Shown here: positions 25,141-41,316 of the stretch, one piece after another
How the letters are laid out: every line of letters starts with the position of its first letter
Numbering within the stretch: position 1 is the stretch's first letter
Assembly (NCBI RefSeq): GCF_009914755.1
Contig: NC_060930.1
Origin: the human T2T-CHM13v2.0 reference genome, Homo sapiens
DNA: 64,000 bases
Direction: 5' to 3' (one strand)
Translations under genes and position numbers: made by a program
The notes under the pieces: model-generated
Told to the model about the DNA's origin: nothing
What the model saw: only the letters and a program-made list of their open reading frames with translations
The model's database searches: none

Positions 25141-27564
25141 TTCCTTTGTAAAAATTTTTTTCCTTATTATATAAATAATATTTTTTATTATAGAAGACCT
25201 TGAGAAAATATGAGTTCAAATATAAGTCTCCAATTCCATCTCCCAGGGAATAGCATTATTTATTTATGACATAATCCTATTAGTCTCTCTTCTGTGCATT
25301 TATATTTATTTTAAAAACAAAACTTGAATATTGACAATTGTAATTGTATATACATTATTTTATAACCTATACTTTGAATAACACCCTTTTAAGCTTCCAA
25401 TATAAATTATTTGGCCTATGTTGACAGTTGAAATGCCTTGGCATCAACTTGTGGATCTCCCAAGGAAGAACTCCTTGCCAGTGTATATACATAAACCTGA
25501 GGCCTGTTTTCAGTGTGCGCATTATGGTCCCATCATGGATGAGACTTATCAGGGGGGAATTCTCTAGCTAATTCTGAATCTAGTTAACTTCTGGCCTGCA
25601 AGAATGTCTACATGATATGTTGGCATCCAAGCCATGGGAGAAGGGTCCCTGGCAGATGCTTTATTGAAATTCTAGTCCACAACCCCTGCTGTAGGGCAGG
25701 CAACTGTTAGGGGCTTTTTGAGGCTGTTGCTGGGGCTTGTGAGATGCTTAAGGAGCTCGACTGCATCTCTGAATGGTCAGAGTAAAAGAGTGTCATAGAA
25801 AGAACTGCCAAATACCTTTCTGTAGAATGAGCTGAAATAGAAGTGCTTCCTCAAAACCTGCTAAAGGGGAGATTAAGAAATGAAATTTGATTGGGGGTGT
25901 CATCTTGAAACAGTGTGATGACCCTTCTTGACAGGCCAAAAAAGAAACAACTACTCTTCTAAATTGGGAATTATGTGCCAGCCCTGTTTCGTTTGTCTAG
26001 TTCACTTTGACAGTGATTTAGTTAAGCTTTGCTAAATCCATGGGAGAGGTTTTAGCTTCCTGGGTCAGCAGTTTACACCTGTGGCTTGGGAAGTTTTTCT
26101 AGGGCAGCCCCAGAAAATTTAGGGAGTAACATCTCTTGATTTTAGAGAAATTTCCCATAGAATTTGTTTCTTTTCTTCCAGAGTAGATGAGGAGGAAGAG
26201 TCTCATAGCCTTGTGCCCTACCCATTTAGATTTGCACTCTTCCTGGTCTCAGGCATCTGACACCAACAGCCAGAGCATAAAGAGAGAAGGGATTAAATCT
26301 AGTGTCCCGAAGCCCTACCTCAATCCTCCTGAGACCCAGCCTCCAGCATGTCAGGTGCGGGGACTGGGGATTGCTCCAGGTCACAGGCATTCCTAGGTGT
26401 TGATGCAGAGATGATATTCTGTGCCCTGGGTCAGCCTAGGTGAGATGGAGACAGCAGATTCCCTCCTGAGAGCTGGAGCAGCCTCTTCAGTTTGTTTTAT
26501 TCTCACTTAACAAGTCTGCAAAGGTGTTAATGTGTGCCAAAGTGTATTGGGTTGTAGGCCTCAGAAAAGGGTGTTTAAGGAGCTGTGGCACTATCAACTC
26601 TCAGGTTTGCGTTAGACAAGATTAGCATCTTCCCTTTTTTGTTCTGAAGGCTGTTTGCTTCTCTGCATTGGTAAGTGGCTACCTTCATGGGAAAGGCCAG
26701 GGATGGAGGGCCAGCTCTTAGTGAATGAAAGGAGAGAATTTGCCTTCAAAGACTGTCATGCAAAAGAACTAAAGATAAGATATTGAAGAAGGCTTTTTCT
26801 GTTATTGGTCTAGTTTATAGTTGGAGGACCTTCTGGTTCTTTTATTGGGAGCAGTGAACTTTTTCTAAGAATAGCTCAGAGGTACTGACCTGTGGCTAGA
26901 AGAGGGCAGTTCTTTATGTGTTTATCCTATTGATAACTCGTTCTTCTCCTGCCTAGAGAAGAGCTTTATTTAGTGCCCTTCTGGATCCAGAATTCAGTTT
27001 TTACCATAAGTCCAGTATTTCCTTGGTTCTATGCCCCAAGTACCCATAGTGATGCTGAGAAACGTTTGCTATGGTAGAATCTGTGGCATACCCAGGCTGC
27101 CAGCCTCATACTTCTCTGTGCTCATTTCTTTAGTAGGTGGAACATTCATTTATTCACAGTCCCTTAGGACACTACTGTGTTAGGTGCTAAGCCTGCAGAA
27201 ATGTATATGTTGAAGTCACTACCCTCAAGGAGTTTATAGCATGAATAAATCTTTTTTGTCAGCATTTGTAATCTAGTATCAAAGAATAATCCTAACAGCA
27301 AATTCTCTGCCTCCATCTGATAATGATGCAGTCCGTTTGGCTACCAAACATGTTCCTATAATAAATTGAACTCATATGCAATTGGCTAAAAGGTGAATGA
27401 TGTCAGTTCTTATATGGTTTTCACCCTAGGCCAGGAGAGCCAGACTAGCAGGAGTAGGATGATAACCTTTGGCAGGAAAGGAAAGGGCCATCAGCTCAGC
27501 TTTTGCACCCACAGGAGCTCTTTCTGCTGTTTTGTTTGTTTTTCCTCTTGATAATTTTCTTTTT

Positions 27565-28395
27565 AATTTTTTTCAGTAGCTTTTTGGGAACAGGTGGTGT
27601 TTGGTTACATGGATAAGTTCTTTGGTGATCCCTGAAATTTTGATGCACCCGTCACCCAAGCAGTATACACTGTACCCAGTGTGTAGTCCTTTATCCCTCA
27701 CCCCCCTCCCACCTTCCCCTGAGTCCCCAAAGTCCACTATATTATTCTTATGTCTTCGTGTCCTTAGCTCCCACTTACAAGTGAGAACATACGATATTTG
27801 CTTTTCCAATCCTGAGTTACTTTGCTTAGAATAATGGTCTCCTACACCATCCAGACTGCTGAGAATGCCATTATTTCGTTTCTTACTCAGCCATAAAAGG
27901 GAACAAAATAACGACATTCGCAGCAACTGGGCTGGAGTTGTATTCAGTATTTTATGTCCAAGTAGTATTCAGCCATAAAAAGGAATGAAATAATGTGGTG
28001 TATATACCACATTTTTTTTAGCCACATGTTGATTGATGGGCATTTAGGCTGGTTTCATATTTTTGCAGTTGCGAGTTGTGGGGCTATAAACATGCATATG
28101 CAAGTGTCTTTTTCATATAATGACTTCTTTTTCTTTGGGTAGATACCCAGTAATGGGATTGCTGGATCAAATAGTAGTTCAACTTTTATTTCTTGAAGGA
28201 ATCTCCACACTGTTTTCCATAGTGGTTGTACTAGTTTACTTTCCACCAGTAGTGTAAAAGTGTTCCCTATTCACATCCATGCCAACATCTATTTTTTTTT
28301 TTTAATTTTTAAATTATGGCCATTCTTGCAGGAGTAAGGTGGTATCTGATTATGGTTTTAATTTGCATTTCCTTGATAATTAGTGATGTTGAATC
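27565..28395 (-). mobile_element. L1PB 3' end with internal micro-inversions
   Basis: tttgggaacaggtggtgtttggttacatggataagttcttt...cccagtaatgggattgctggatcaaatagtagttc; ORF 28055-28246 ([34 protein letters not shown]) is the L1 ORF2 C-terminus. Confidence 0.92.
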
Positions 28396-28416
28396 TGCTC
28401 TGCTTTAAGAAAATTA

Positions 28417-28715
<299 letters not shown>

Positions 28716-28884
28716 GAGTGCCTGTGCCCAGGCTCCCTCCCTAAAGACCTGCACCCCTGGCCTTGAGAGCTCTCAGATGGCAGCAAGTTGCACTTTCTCC
28801 TGCCTGTTTCTCACTGGGAATCCAGCATTTCCACGCTGTTGTTTTTGTGCATTTTAAATATATCCTGTGGCATCCTCTTGCTGC

Positions 28885-29567
28885 TGTTGTCCAAAGGACC
28901 ACCAGGATGGCTAATGAGTAGAAAGGATTATTGGCAATACATCAGTAGGCAAACCAGGAAGAGATAGCCTCTGGCATGGACCAAAGGTGTTCTCTTTTTG
29001 CATAGGGAAGGGGCAGGTTGGGTTTTATGCCTCACTGGGCCTGTATCATAGAATAGAGTCATACATATTCAGCAGGTTTAGGGGAAAAGCTATACATAGT
29101 TATGAGGGGAGTCCTGCACATGAACAATGAGTAAACATGTAACATATATCTCATGTTCACTTTGGGGTGGGATTTTAACATTAAAGCAAAGTGGAATTTG
29201 GCTCTCTGTCTAAAGGTGAACTATAGGCCACAAAACACAGTCTTTGTAAGCTGGTCAAAACTGGCTTGAGGTCTGCAGTTGCTTATCAGGAAAGAATGTA
29301 TGTAAGTCCCATTCTCTGTCCAATTGGAGTTGTAGTGGTCTGGGTTGTAAATCAGATTTAGGAAGACAATTTGTCTGACAGCTCCTATTTTTAGGGAGTT
29401 TGGCAAGAGTGTGGTTTTTCTTGTAGCTGTAGGAATTTAGGAATTCGGGGCTGTGCCCGCCAAGCCCTGAACCCTCTACCCTCTGCCCATGGGTAACTTT
29501 TGTTTCCTTAACCTTAGTGTTCGTCTTAGTCGATAAAGGGACATCTATTTTAGTCTCTCAGATCACA
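28885..29567 (-). mobile_element. ERV1-class solo LTR (MER4-group, subfamily uncertain)
   Basis: TG...CA termini (tgttgtcc...ctcagatcaca), 683 bp, 4-bp TSD ctgc at 28881-28884 and 29568-29571. Confidence 0.8.
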
Positions 29568-30014
29568 CTGCCATGAGCTGCTGGCTTGTTTGTGAGGTAC
29601 CAATTATGTGTGTACACACACTCTGGTTGCCAGGGGCTTTTAATGCTCCAGAGTGGTCTAATGGTCTACCCCATCCAGTTTCCCCATAATCTCTGGTGCT
29701 GACATCCAGGGAGCCACAAAAGTTGAACATTCATGAACCAAAGAGGTGGCAGTTTGAGCCTTCCATTCCCTCCTTCAGCCTTGCTCCTATACCTTTTCAT
29801 CTATGAACTCTCAAGAAAGAGTAACAGCAGCTGTCAGCCCACAGTAGTCCTGTTGGCAGGCTCTAAAATGTGTCTTCTCAAATTGCAGCCCTGGCCTGAG
29901 CTGGAGAGAGTACCTAGTGGAATTCTGCCCATTTCACAGTGGTTCAGATCTGCAAGAAACATATGCCCTGTTTACCATTTCCTGATGGGTATGGGGTGAG
30001 GGCTCCTAAACTAT

Positions 30015-30515
30015 GGTATTAGTCAGGGTTCTCCGAGAAACAGAATCAAGAGGACATACAGACAGAAATTTATTTTAAGGTAGTGGCTCACACAGTTATG
30101 GAAACTGAGAAGTCCCATGATCTGCCATCTGTATGCTGGAGACCCAGGAAAACCAGTGGTATAGATCTGAAGGCCTGAGGGGCAGGGAGCCTATGGCGTA
30201 GGCTCCAATCCAAGTCTGAAGGCCTGAAAACCAGAAGAGCCAAGGGCAGGAGAAAATTCCCAGCTCAACTGTCAGGCAGAGACTTCAGCCTTCAAGTGAC
30301 TCTCCCACCTTGGCCTTTTTGTTTTATTCAGGCCCTCAGCAGGTTGGATGATGCTCACCTACATTGGGGAGGGCAATCTGCTTTATTAAGTCCAGCAATT
30401 CAAATGCTAGTATCTTCCAGAAACATCCTTGCACACATACCCATACATAATGTTTAACCAGATATCTGGGCATCCCTTACCCCAGTTGAGTTCACACATG
30501 AAATTAACAATCACA
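30015..30515 (-). mobile_element. MLT2 solo LTR
   Basis: gtattagtcagggttctcc...gtggctcacacagttatggaaactgagaagtccc...aaattaacaatcaca. Confidence 0.88.
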
Positions 30516-30717
30516 GGCATAGGTATATGTTGGAAATAGAGCAGGTTCAGTTTCAGACCACGGCATTAAGCAAATATTGCAATAGAAGTAGTCACAGGCA
30601 TTTTTGGTTTCCCAGTGTATATGAAAGTTATGTTTATATTATACTGTAGTCCAGTAAGTATGCAAAAGGATTATGTCTAAAAGGACAGTGTATATACCAT
30701 AATTTAAAAATACTTTT

Positions 30718-31078
<361 letters not shown>

Positions 31079-31206
31079 TTAAGCCTTCAGTGAATTGCAA
31101 TCTTTTTGCTGGTGGAGGTTTCTGCTGGTGGAGGATCTTACCTCAGTGTTGATGACTGCTGACTAATCAGGGTGGTGGCTGCTAAAGGTTGGGTTGCTAT
31201 GGCAAT

Positions 31207-31517
<311 letters not shown>

Positions 31518-33330
31518 ACAGTTTCTTAAAGTCAGACGATAGTGAGTTTGCCAGATTGATTGACTCTTCTTTCACAAAAGATTTCTCTGTAGCATGTGAT
31601 GCTGTTTGATAGCACTTTACTCACAGTAGAACTTCTTTCAAAATTGGAGTCAATCTTCTCAAATCCTATTGCTGCCTTGTCAAATACATTTATGTACTAT
31701 TCTAAATTTTTTGTTGTCATTTCAACAGTGTTCACAGCATCTTCACCAGGAGTAGATTTCATCTCAAGAAACCACTTTCTTTGCTCATCCGTAAGAAGGA
31801 ACTCCTCATTCATTCAAGTTTTATCATGAGATTATAGCAATTCAGTCACATCTTCAGGCTCCACTTCTAATTCTAGTTCTCTTGCTGTTTCCACCAAAAA
31901 GTAAGTTATATCTTCCACTGAAGTCTTGAACTTCTCAAAGTAATCCATGAGGGTTAGAATCAACTTCTTCCAAACTCTTGTTAATGTTATTTTGACCTCT
32001 TCCTGTGAATCACGAATGTTCCTAATGGCATCTAGAATGTGAAGCCTTTCCGGAAGGTTTTCCATTTACTTTCCCCAGATCCATCAGAGCAGTCACTTAC
32101 TGTGGTAGCTTTGGCCTTACAAAATGTATTAAGACTTGAAAATAGAAATTAAATCCTTGATCCATGGGCTGAAGGATGGATGTTTTGTTTAGTAGGCATG
32201 AAAACAACAGTAATCTTTTTGTACATCTCCATCAGAGCTCTTGGGTGACCAGGTGTATCATCCGTGAGCAGTAATATTTGGAAGGGAATCTTGTTATCTG
32301 AGCAGTAGGTCTCAATAAGCATGGACTTATTCAGTAAGCCATGATGTAAACAGATGTGCTGTCATCTGGCCTTTGTTGTTCCATTTATAGAGTACAGGCA
32401 GAGTAGAATTAGCATAATTTGAAGGGGCCCTGGGATTGGCACATCAGCATTCACTTCATTTAAAGTCACCAGCTGCATTAGCCCCTAACAAGAGAGTCAC
32501 CCTGTCCTTTGAAGCTTTGAAGCCAGGTGTTGACTTCCCTCTAGCTATGAAAGTCTTAGATGGAATCTTCTTCCAGTAGAAGGCTGATTCATGTACATTG
32601 AAAAATCTGTTGTTTAGTGTAGCCACTGTCACCAATTATCTTAGCTAGATTTTCTCTTCTTAGATAACTTACTGTAACTTCTACATCAGCACTTGCTGCT
32701 TCACCTCACACTTTTAGTTATGAAAGATGATTCCTTTCCTTAAACCTCATGAACCAACCTCTGCTAGCTTTAGACTTTTCTTCTGCAGCTTCCTCACCTC
32801 TCAGCCTTTGTAAAACTGAAGAGAGTTAGGGCTGTGCTCTGGATTAGGTTTGGTTCAAGGGAATGTTGTGTCTGGTTGATCTTCTATCCAGACCAAACTT
32901 TCTCCATATCAGCAATAAGGCTGTTTCACTTTATTATGCCTGTGTTCACTGGAGCAGCACTTTTCGTTTCCTTTAAGAACTTTTCCTTTGCATTCACAAC
33001 TTCGCTAACTGGTGTTAGTGGCCTAGCTTTTGGCCTTTCTTAGCTTTGACATGCCTTCATTAAGTATAATCATTTCTAGCTTTTGATTTAAAGTGAGAGA
33101 CATGAAACTTGTCCTTTCACTTAGAGGCCATTGTATGGTTATCACTTGGCCTAGTTTTGATTTTGTTGTGTCTCAGCAAATAGGGAGGCCCAAGGAGAGG
33201 GAGAGAGAAGGGGAACCAGGGGTTGGTGGAGGAGTCAGAGTACACATAACATTTACCAATTAAGTTTGCCATTTTATGTGGTGTGGTTCAGGGTACCCCA
33301 AAACAATTACAGTAGTAACATAAAAGATCA

Positions 33331-33670
<340 letters not shown>

Positions 33671-34869
33671 GTTTGAAATATTGCAAGAATTAGCAAAATG
33701 TATGACATATGGACATGAAGTGAGCACATGTCGTTGGAAAAAATGGTGCTGATACGACTTGCTCAAGGTAAGGTTGCCACAAACCTTCAATTTGTTTAAA
33801 AAAAAAAAAAAGTGAAGCACAACAGAGTGAAGCGCCGTAAAATGAGACATGCCCAAATCTTATTGATTAGGGAAGGGGGAGTAGTTCACTGTTTTTTGTT
33901 TGGCCTCATTCTGTGGTGACCTTAAGTGAGTAAAAACACTGTTTCAGTGGCAACTGGGAGTTGAGTAGCACAGTTTGCTTTCAGGGAGAGGGAGACAGAC
34001 CATCAATGGTGTTCATTTTGTGCAGTGCCCAGACAGCACCAGGCTGGCCACTCACAGTGCTTTATCTTGGGGCCAGTCAGGGCCAGCAGGAAGGGCTCTG
34101 GTTGGAGGAATAAAGAATGTGGTAAAAGCCAGGAGGGCTTGCTTTGAAAATGTTCCGGGAGAAATGGAGAACTGGATTCTGAAAGTTGTACTTGCTGGGT
34201 GGAGAGGTTCCAGTAACAGCTACATTGGTATCTCCCGGCTCTGCCATTGTCTCAGTCCTCTAGTCTTCATGCTGCTCAATGGCCGACCACTTGAAAGTCA
34301 TGGATACTACCTCAAGGAACAGATCTATTTATTAAATTCAACATTGGAATGTCAGGAGTTACAAAGTCTGTTGGGTTTGTTTTCATGACACATACGCATA
34401 AAGTGTAATCATGAGATACCGAGGCAGGCATTATTATCCCCAGTGTGCCTTAGGAGTTGTAAGTAAAGGATACATGATAAATCATTGTGGCTGCACACCT
34501 CAGAGAGCTGTGTGTCTATGGGAAGGAGAGGTGGCTCGGGGCCTGTGAGCATGCATCCGCCTGCCAGTGCGCGGAAGGTGCGCTCCTGTCTGGGAATCGA
34601 GCCAAAGTGCGGATCTGTTCTTTCTCTTAGCTCCTGTTTTCACAGTTATGTCGCTGTTAGGATGAGGAAAGGAGGTAGCGGAAACAATAGAATGGAAGAT
34701 ATGGGCAAATAAATATGCTCAAATGGAGAGAACCAATGAATCCCTGTTACTAGCAAGTACTTTCCTTGAAGGAAGTTTATAGAATGTTTTATCTCCCATT
34801 TCTAAGAGAAAAGGCATTAATATCCAACCATGTGGATCGAAGCATCTTGATATTTTATGGATTCTTCCA

Positions 34870-36632
<1,763 letters not shown>

Positions 36633-37106
36633 GAAGATACTAGGCTCTTGACATACGTAAATACTAACTGTGATCTTCACTTTAATAGACTGAGGCCCGG
36701 AGAGGTTAGGGACTTGTCCAAGGTCATGTAGTCGTATAGAAGCTGGGCTTTAAAATAATAATGAGTGTAACCATGGAGTTGGGTATTATCCTATTTGACA
36801 ACTTGCAGCAACCTAATGAGATAAGTAGCCCTTGGATGCCCCACAGTGTCCTCTGCCTCCTGATAGTCACACCATAGGAGCCATTTCCATCTCTCAGGAG
36901 TCTGGTATTTGACCTGGTACCCTCTTCACTCTGTAGTCTTCTCTGGACCATCTTCAGTACTTTTTTCCTCTGCCCCAGTAAATGGGAGCAAGAGAGCAAG
37001 GTTGCTGGCTAGCAGATACCCAGTTGAGAAGCAGAATGCTGCTCTCTGCTTACTGAAGGTACTCCTGATCTTTACAGGTGCTCCTTTGCCTCCAGCCATC
37101 ACGAAT

Positions 37107-37130
37107 GAGAGAGAGAGAGAGAGAGAAAAT

Positions 37131-37170
<40 letters not shown>
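37107..37170 (+). repeat. Compound microsatellite (GA)10-aaatga-(GT)19
   Basis: Read directly. Confidence 0.97.
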
Positions 37171-37175
<5 letters not shown>

Positions 37176-37999
37176 AATGCTTCTCCATGACCAGTGTACT
37201 CCCCTGAGAGCAACCCTCTCTGCCTGTCTTCCACTTACAGTGACTGAGTGGGAGCCAATTGGGGAAGCTGCTTTCTTTGAGTTGGCATCTTTCAGTGACC
37301 TGGCGGTACCTGGTCCAATAAAAAGATGTGATTTTCTGAAATCCAGTATATACCTGTATGTTTTGAGGCTGTCTTCCCAAGGTGACTTGAGAATACGTCT
37401 ACACACACAGAATATTGGGATATTGTTTTCTAACTGCCTATTGCATTGTGTTAAATTACAAACTAATTCCCCAGATGATGGGATAAGTTATTTTTTTCTC
37501 TGCCAAGTCACAATATTAATAATGCAGCTAAATTTAGCTCTGCTGTAAAAGAGTTTAATTTTCAAAGCCAATTAGACAATTTGATGGCTGACTTGCTGCA
37601 TTTGTCTCTAACTACTCAGTTGATACCATGTTGCCACCCTAACAGATTCTTGCTGATAGTCAAAGGAGAGATGAGTTGTGGGAAGTATAAAGCTTTTCAA
37701 TTAATTTATGATCCTATTAGGTGTAAAGCCTATAATTACCCTGCGGTTGTTGCCTCTGCCAAAAAAGAAGAAAAGAATAAAGAAAACCCATCTTATGAAA
37801 AAGTTATTTTCTGAACATAAAAGTGGCATGGGAAAAGAAAAAAAAGCTTGTGCCTCCCCTCCTAAGTGTGGGAAGGAATTAAGATTTTTGGCTTTCTCCT
37901 GGCCAGTGAGTTCATAAAATGATTTTTTTTTGTGGATAGGGTGATCATTTAGAACTGTCTTCAGATTCTGTTTTTACTTTCTTGATTAGACCTCTCCTA

Positions 38000-38270
38000 T
38001 CTACTCATCCATTCATCCATCTGTTCATGCAACAAATATTTATAAGTGCTGCTGTGCCCAGGGACTTTCCAGGTGCAGGGGTTCAGTGGTGAGCATTAAC
38101 AGGGTTCCTGCCCTCTTGGAGCTCTCATGGGGATGAGGGTGAGGGGAGACAAGATGCACAGAAGTAAATTAGTCAACCAGGTAAGTTCAAGTGGTGTTGA
38201 TTGTTGTGCAGAAAATATAGAACTCAGTAATATGATGGCCTGTGGAGTTCAGGGAGAGAGGCAGCTATTC
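38000..38270. mobile_element. L2 3' fragment
   Basis: catccattcatccatctgttcatgcaacaaatatttataagtgc...gttcctgccctcttggagct. Confidence 0.65.
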
Positions 38271-39211
38271 CATCTTAACCTGCCAGAAATGTTTTGGACC
38301 TAGGGAGCTAATGTCTGAGAAAGGCTCCTCATCCCCACCCTCCCACCTGAATTTGCAAGGCAGTGCTGCACACTTGGCAGATGGAAATGGAAACCTCTGC
38401 AGAAACCTGGCAAACCATTAGCAGGACTCTCTTTGGACTCTCAGCTCAGCTTAAGTAGAGCACATAGCTTCTTTGGGGGGAAAAAAAGGCATTCAAAGTC
38501 TTAAACAAGAGTAAAGTTCTCATTTGCCACTTTAATCAAGTTCATTAAAAATGGAATGTATATTTAAAACTTCCTTTTGATTAACTTAATGTAAGTGCAT
38601 CCTGACTTAGGAGAGGGGGAGAAGTGTGCCCCTAGATGATATCAAACTTTGACCTTCATTAAATGTTTGCAAGTGGTAAACCTCAAAGGCCTGCAGTATA
38701 AAATGGGATAAAATTTCCAAGAATTAGCCATCCTGGGGGGAAAAATATATATTTGGTTTGAAACTCTACTACCATAGTCTGCATGTTTCCTCAGCCATTG
38801 CATTTTGACAGCTGAAACAACAGACTAAAACTGTAGTTTAAAATACAAGCACACACACTCACAGATCAATGCAAAAATACTGTGCTTTGGATTCGCCAAT
38901 AAATATGGAACGTGATGCACATATGGTTGTTTGGCTGAATTCTTGCCCTGTACCTGGCCATACACAAGACAACTTCTCCATTGAGTGGGCAGCTCTACAG
39001 AGAACTCCTGGCAGTAGTGACCAGGACTTCAGGGCTTTGCTCCATTGACCTTATGCAGGACAAACTTAAGTCAAAATGTGTTTCTCCTGAAAGAATACAA
39101 CAGCACTTGACCTGTCCTTGACCTAATGTGGAAAGTTGATTCCTTCTTGAAGCTAGGGAGGCAGTGTCACATGACAGTTCCAAGCAGTTGCTGTAGAATT
39201 AGACCACCTCA

Positions 39212-39652
<441 letters not shown>

Positions 39653-41046
39653 CCTTACCACAATGTGTGGCCCACAGCAAAAAGCTCAATAAACATTAGC
39701 ACTCTTGCTGGGTCCACACATGTCTTTTCTGGGTTTCATCTGGTTTCCAGGCGGGCTGCCTCTGCGCCTTTGTTTTCCCAGCTGCCCTTTCTCAGTAAAG
39801 CGGCATGAAAGCTACATCCTCACCACCTGAGGCACTATTGAGAAGAAAGTGTGTGCTGCCATGAACTCAACTCTGCATTGCTTTCAGGCTCAGAGTGGTG
39901 GAACATGCTCTCAGTGAAATGCAGCGTGACTGTCCTCTGTGGCCCTGTGTATGTCGAAGACATGTTTGGGAGTTTGTTAAGGAATGTAGCTGATTCAGTA
40001 GGCATTGTCTCCAAAGGCTTCCCTGTCAGGGTAACTTGAATGTGTGTGTGTGTCTGCGCGTGCGCTGTCATAAGCACATTGAGATGTTGGAAGAGCAAAC
40101 TGAATGCTCTTCATATTATCTAGGGAGAACTTTGCAAAGCAAGCCAGCAGGCTGGTGGGTCCTTTCTGTTCTGCTCTAGGACATATTGCAAGCCTGGGCA
40201 AGACAGTTGCCTTCTTTTACCTTCATGTACTCATCTGGAAGTGATTATGAGGGGTACAAAGAGACATCTGTTCATTACAACATTATTTGTAACAGAAATA
40301 AGCAATAGGAAAAAACCTTTGGTTTTTTGTAAACCTCCCGAGGGGTCCTGGGATTGCAGGTGTAAGCCACCATGCCCAGTCATAGCAGTTTTTTTTTAAA
40401 GCAATTGCAAGTAGTAGTTACGATACTTGTACGAAAATATACATGCACAGATGAGAGAGTTTGTGATTTGTGCTACTGTGTGTGTGTACAGAAATAGTGT
40501 AGAAAGGATGACACCGAACTGGGAACATGGTTTCCTATAAGGAGAGAATCAAGATAAGATGAGGCCTAGGGGAATTTTGCTTTATCTATTGTATTTGAAT
40601 TTGATTTTACAATACAATTTATGGTATATTACTTTTGCAATTATAATTAAAATAATAATTAAAATGAGCATGAGGCTGACCTAGCAAGGAAAGCCCCATT
40701 GCAGAGTGTACAGTGACATACTTGTGAAGGTATTACTTTACATTATTTCTGCAGGAACCCCACCCACACACCCCACAAGGTTTTTAGAGCATTGATACTG
40801 GTATGTTTCAGATACTAATTGCCAGTGATTCTTCTTCAACCCAAATCCATGTTCAATTCAGATGCTAAATGAGTCCAGTAATGCCACAACAAAATGGACA
40901 AGTGCTTGTGGTTAGATGTTGGTTTGCAAAGGAACTTAATATGCTCTGAGCGGCTGCCTAGACCACAAAAATCTGAATTATTATATAATTATAATATGTT
41001 TTATATTTTATAATAAAAATTTTAAACACATATAGAAGTAGCAAGA

Positions 41047-41316
41047 TGGCTCATGCCTGTAATCCCAGCACTTGGGGATGCCGAGGTAGGAGGATTGCTT
41101 GACCAGCCTGGGTAACAAAGCAAGACTGTCTCTACAAAAAGAAGAAAAATTAGTTGGGCATAATGGCATGCTCCTGCAGTCCCAGCTACTCATGAGGCTG
41201 AGGCAGGAGGATGGCTTGAGCCCAGAAGGTAGAGGTTACAAACGTGAGCTGTGGTTGTGCTGACAGAGTGAGACAATGTCTCAAAAAAAAAAAAAAAAAA
41301 AAAAGAAAAGAAAAAA
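41047..41316 (+). mobile_element. AluJ with internal deletions
   Basis: tggctcatgcctgtaatcccagcacttgggg...gacaatgtctcaaaaaa. Confidence 0.88.

Noticed and set aside
31832-32065. Domesticated TIGD-type gene
   Set aside because: Only a short open fragment; the surrounding transposase sequence is broken by stops and frameshifts.
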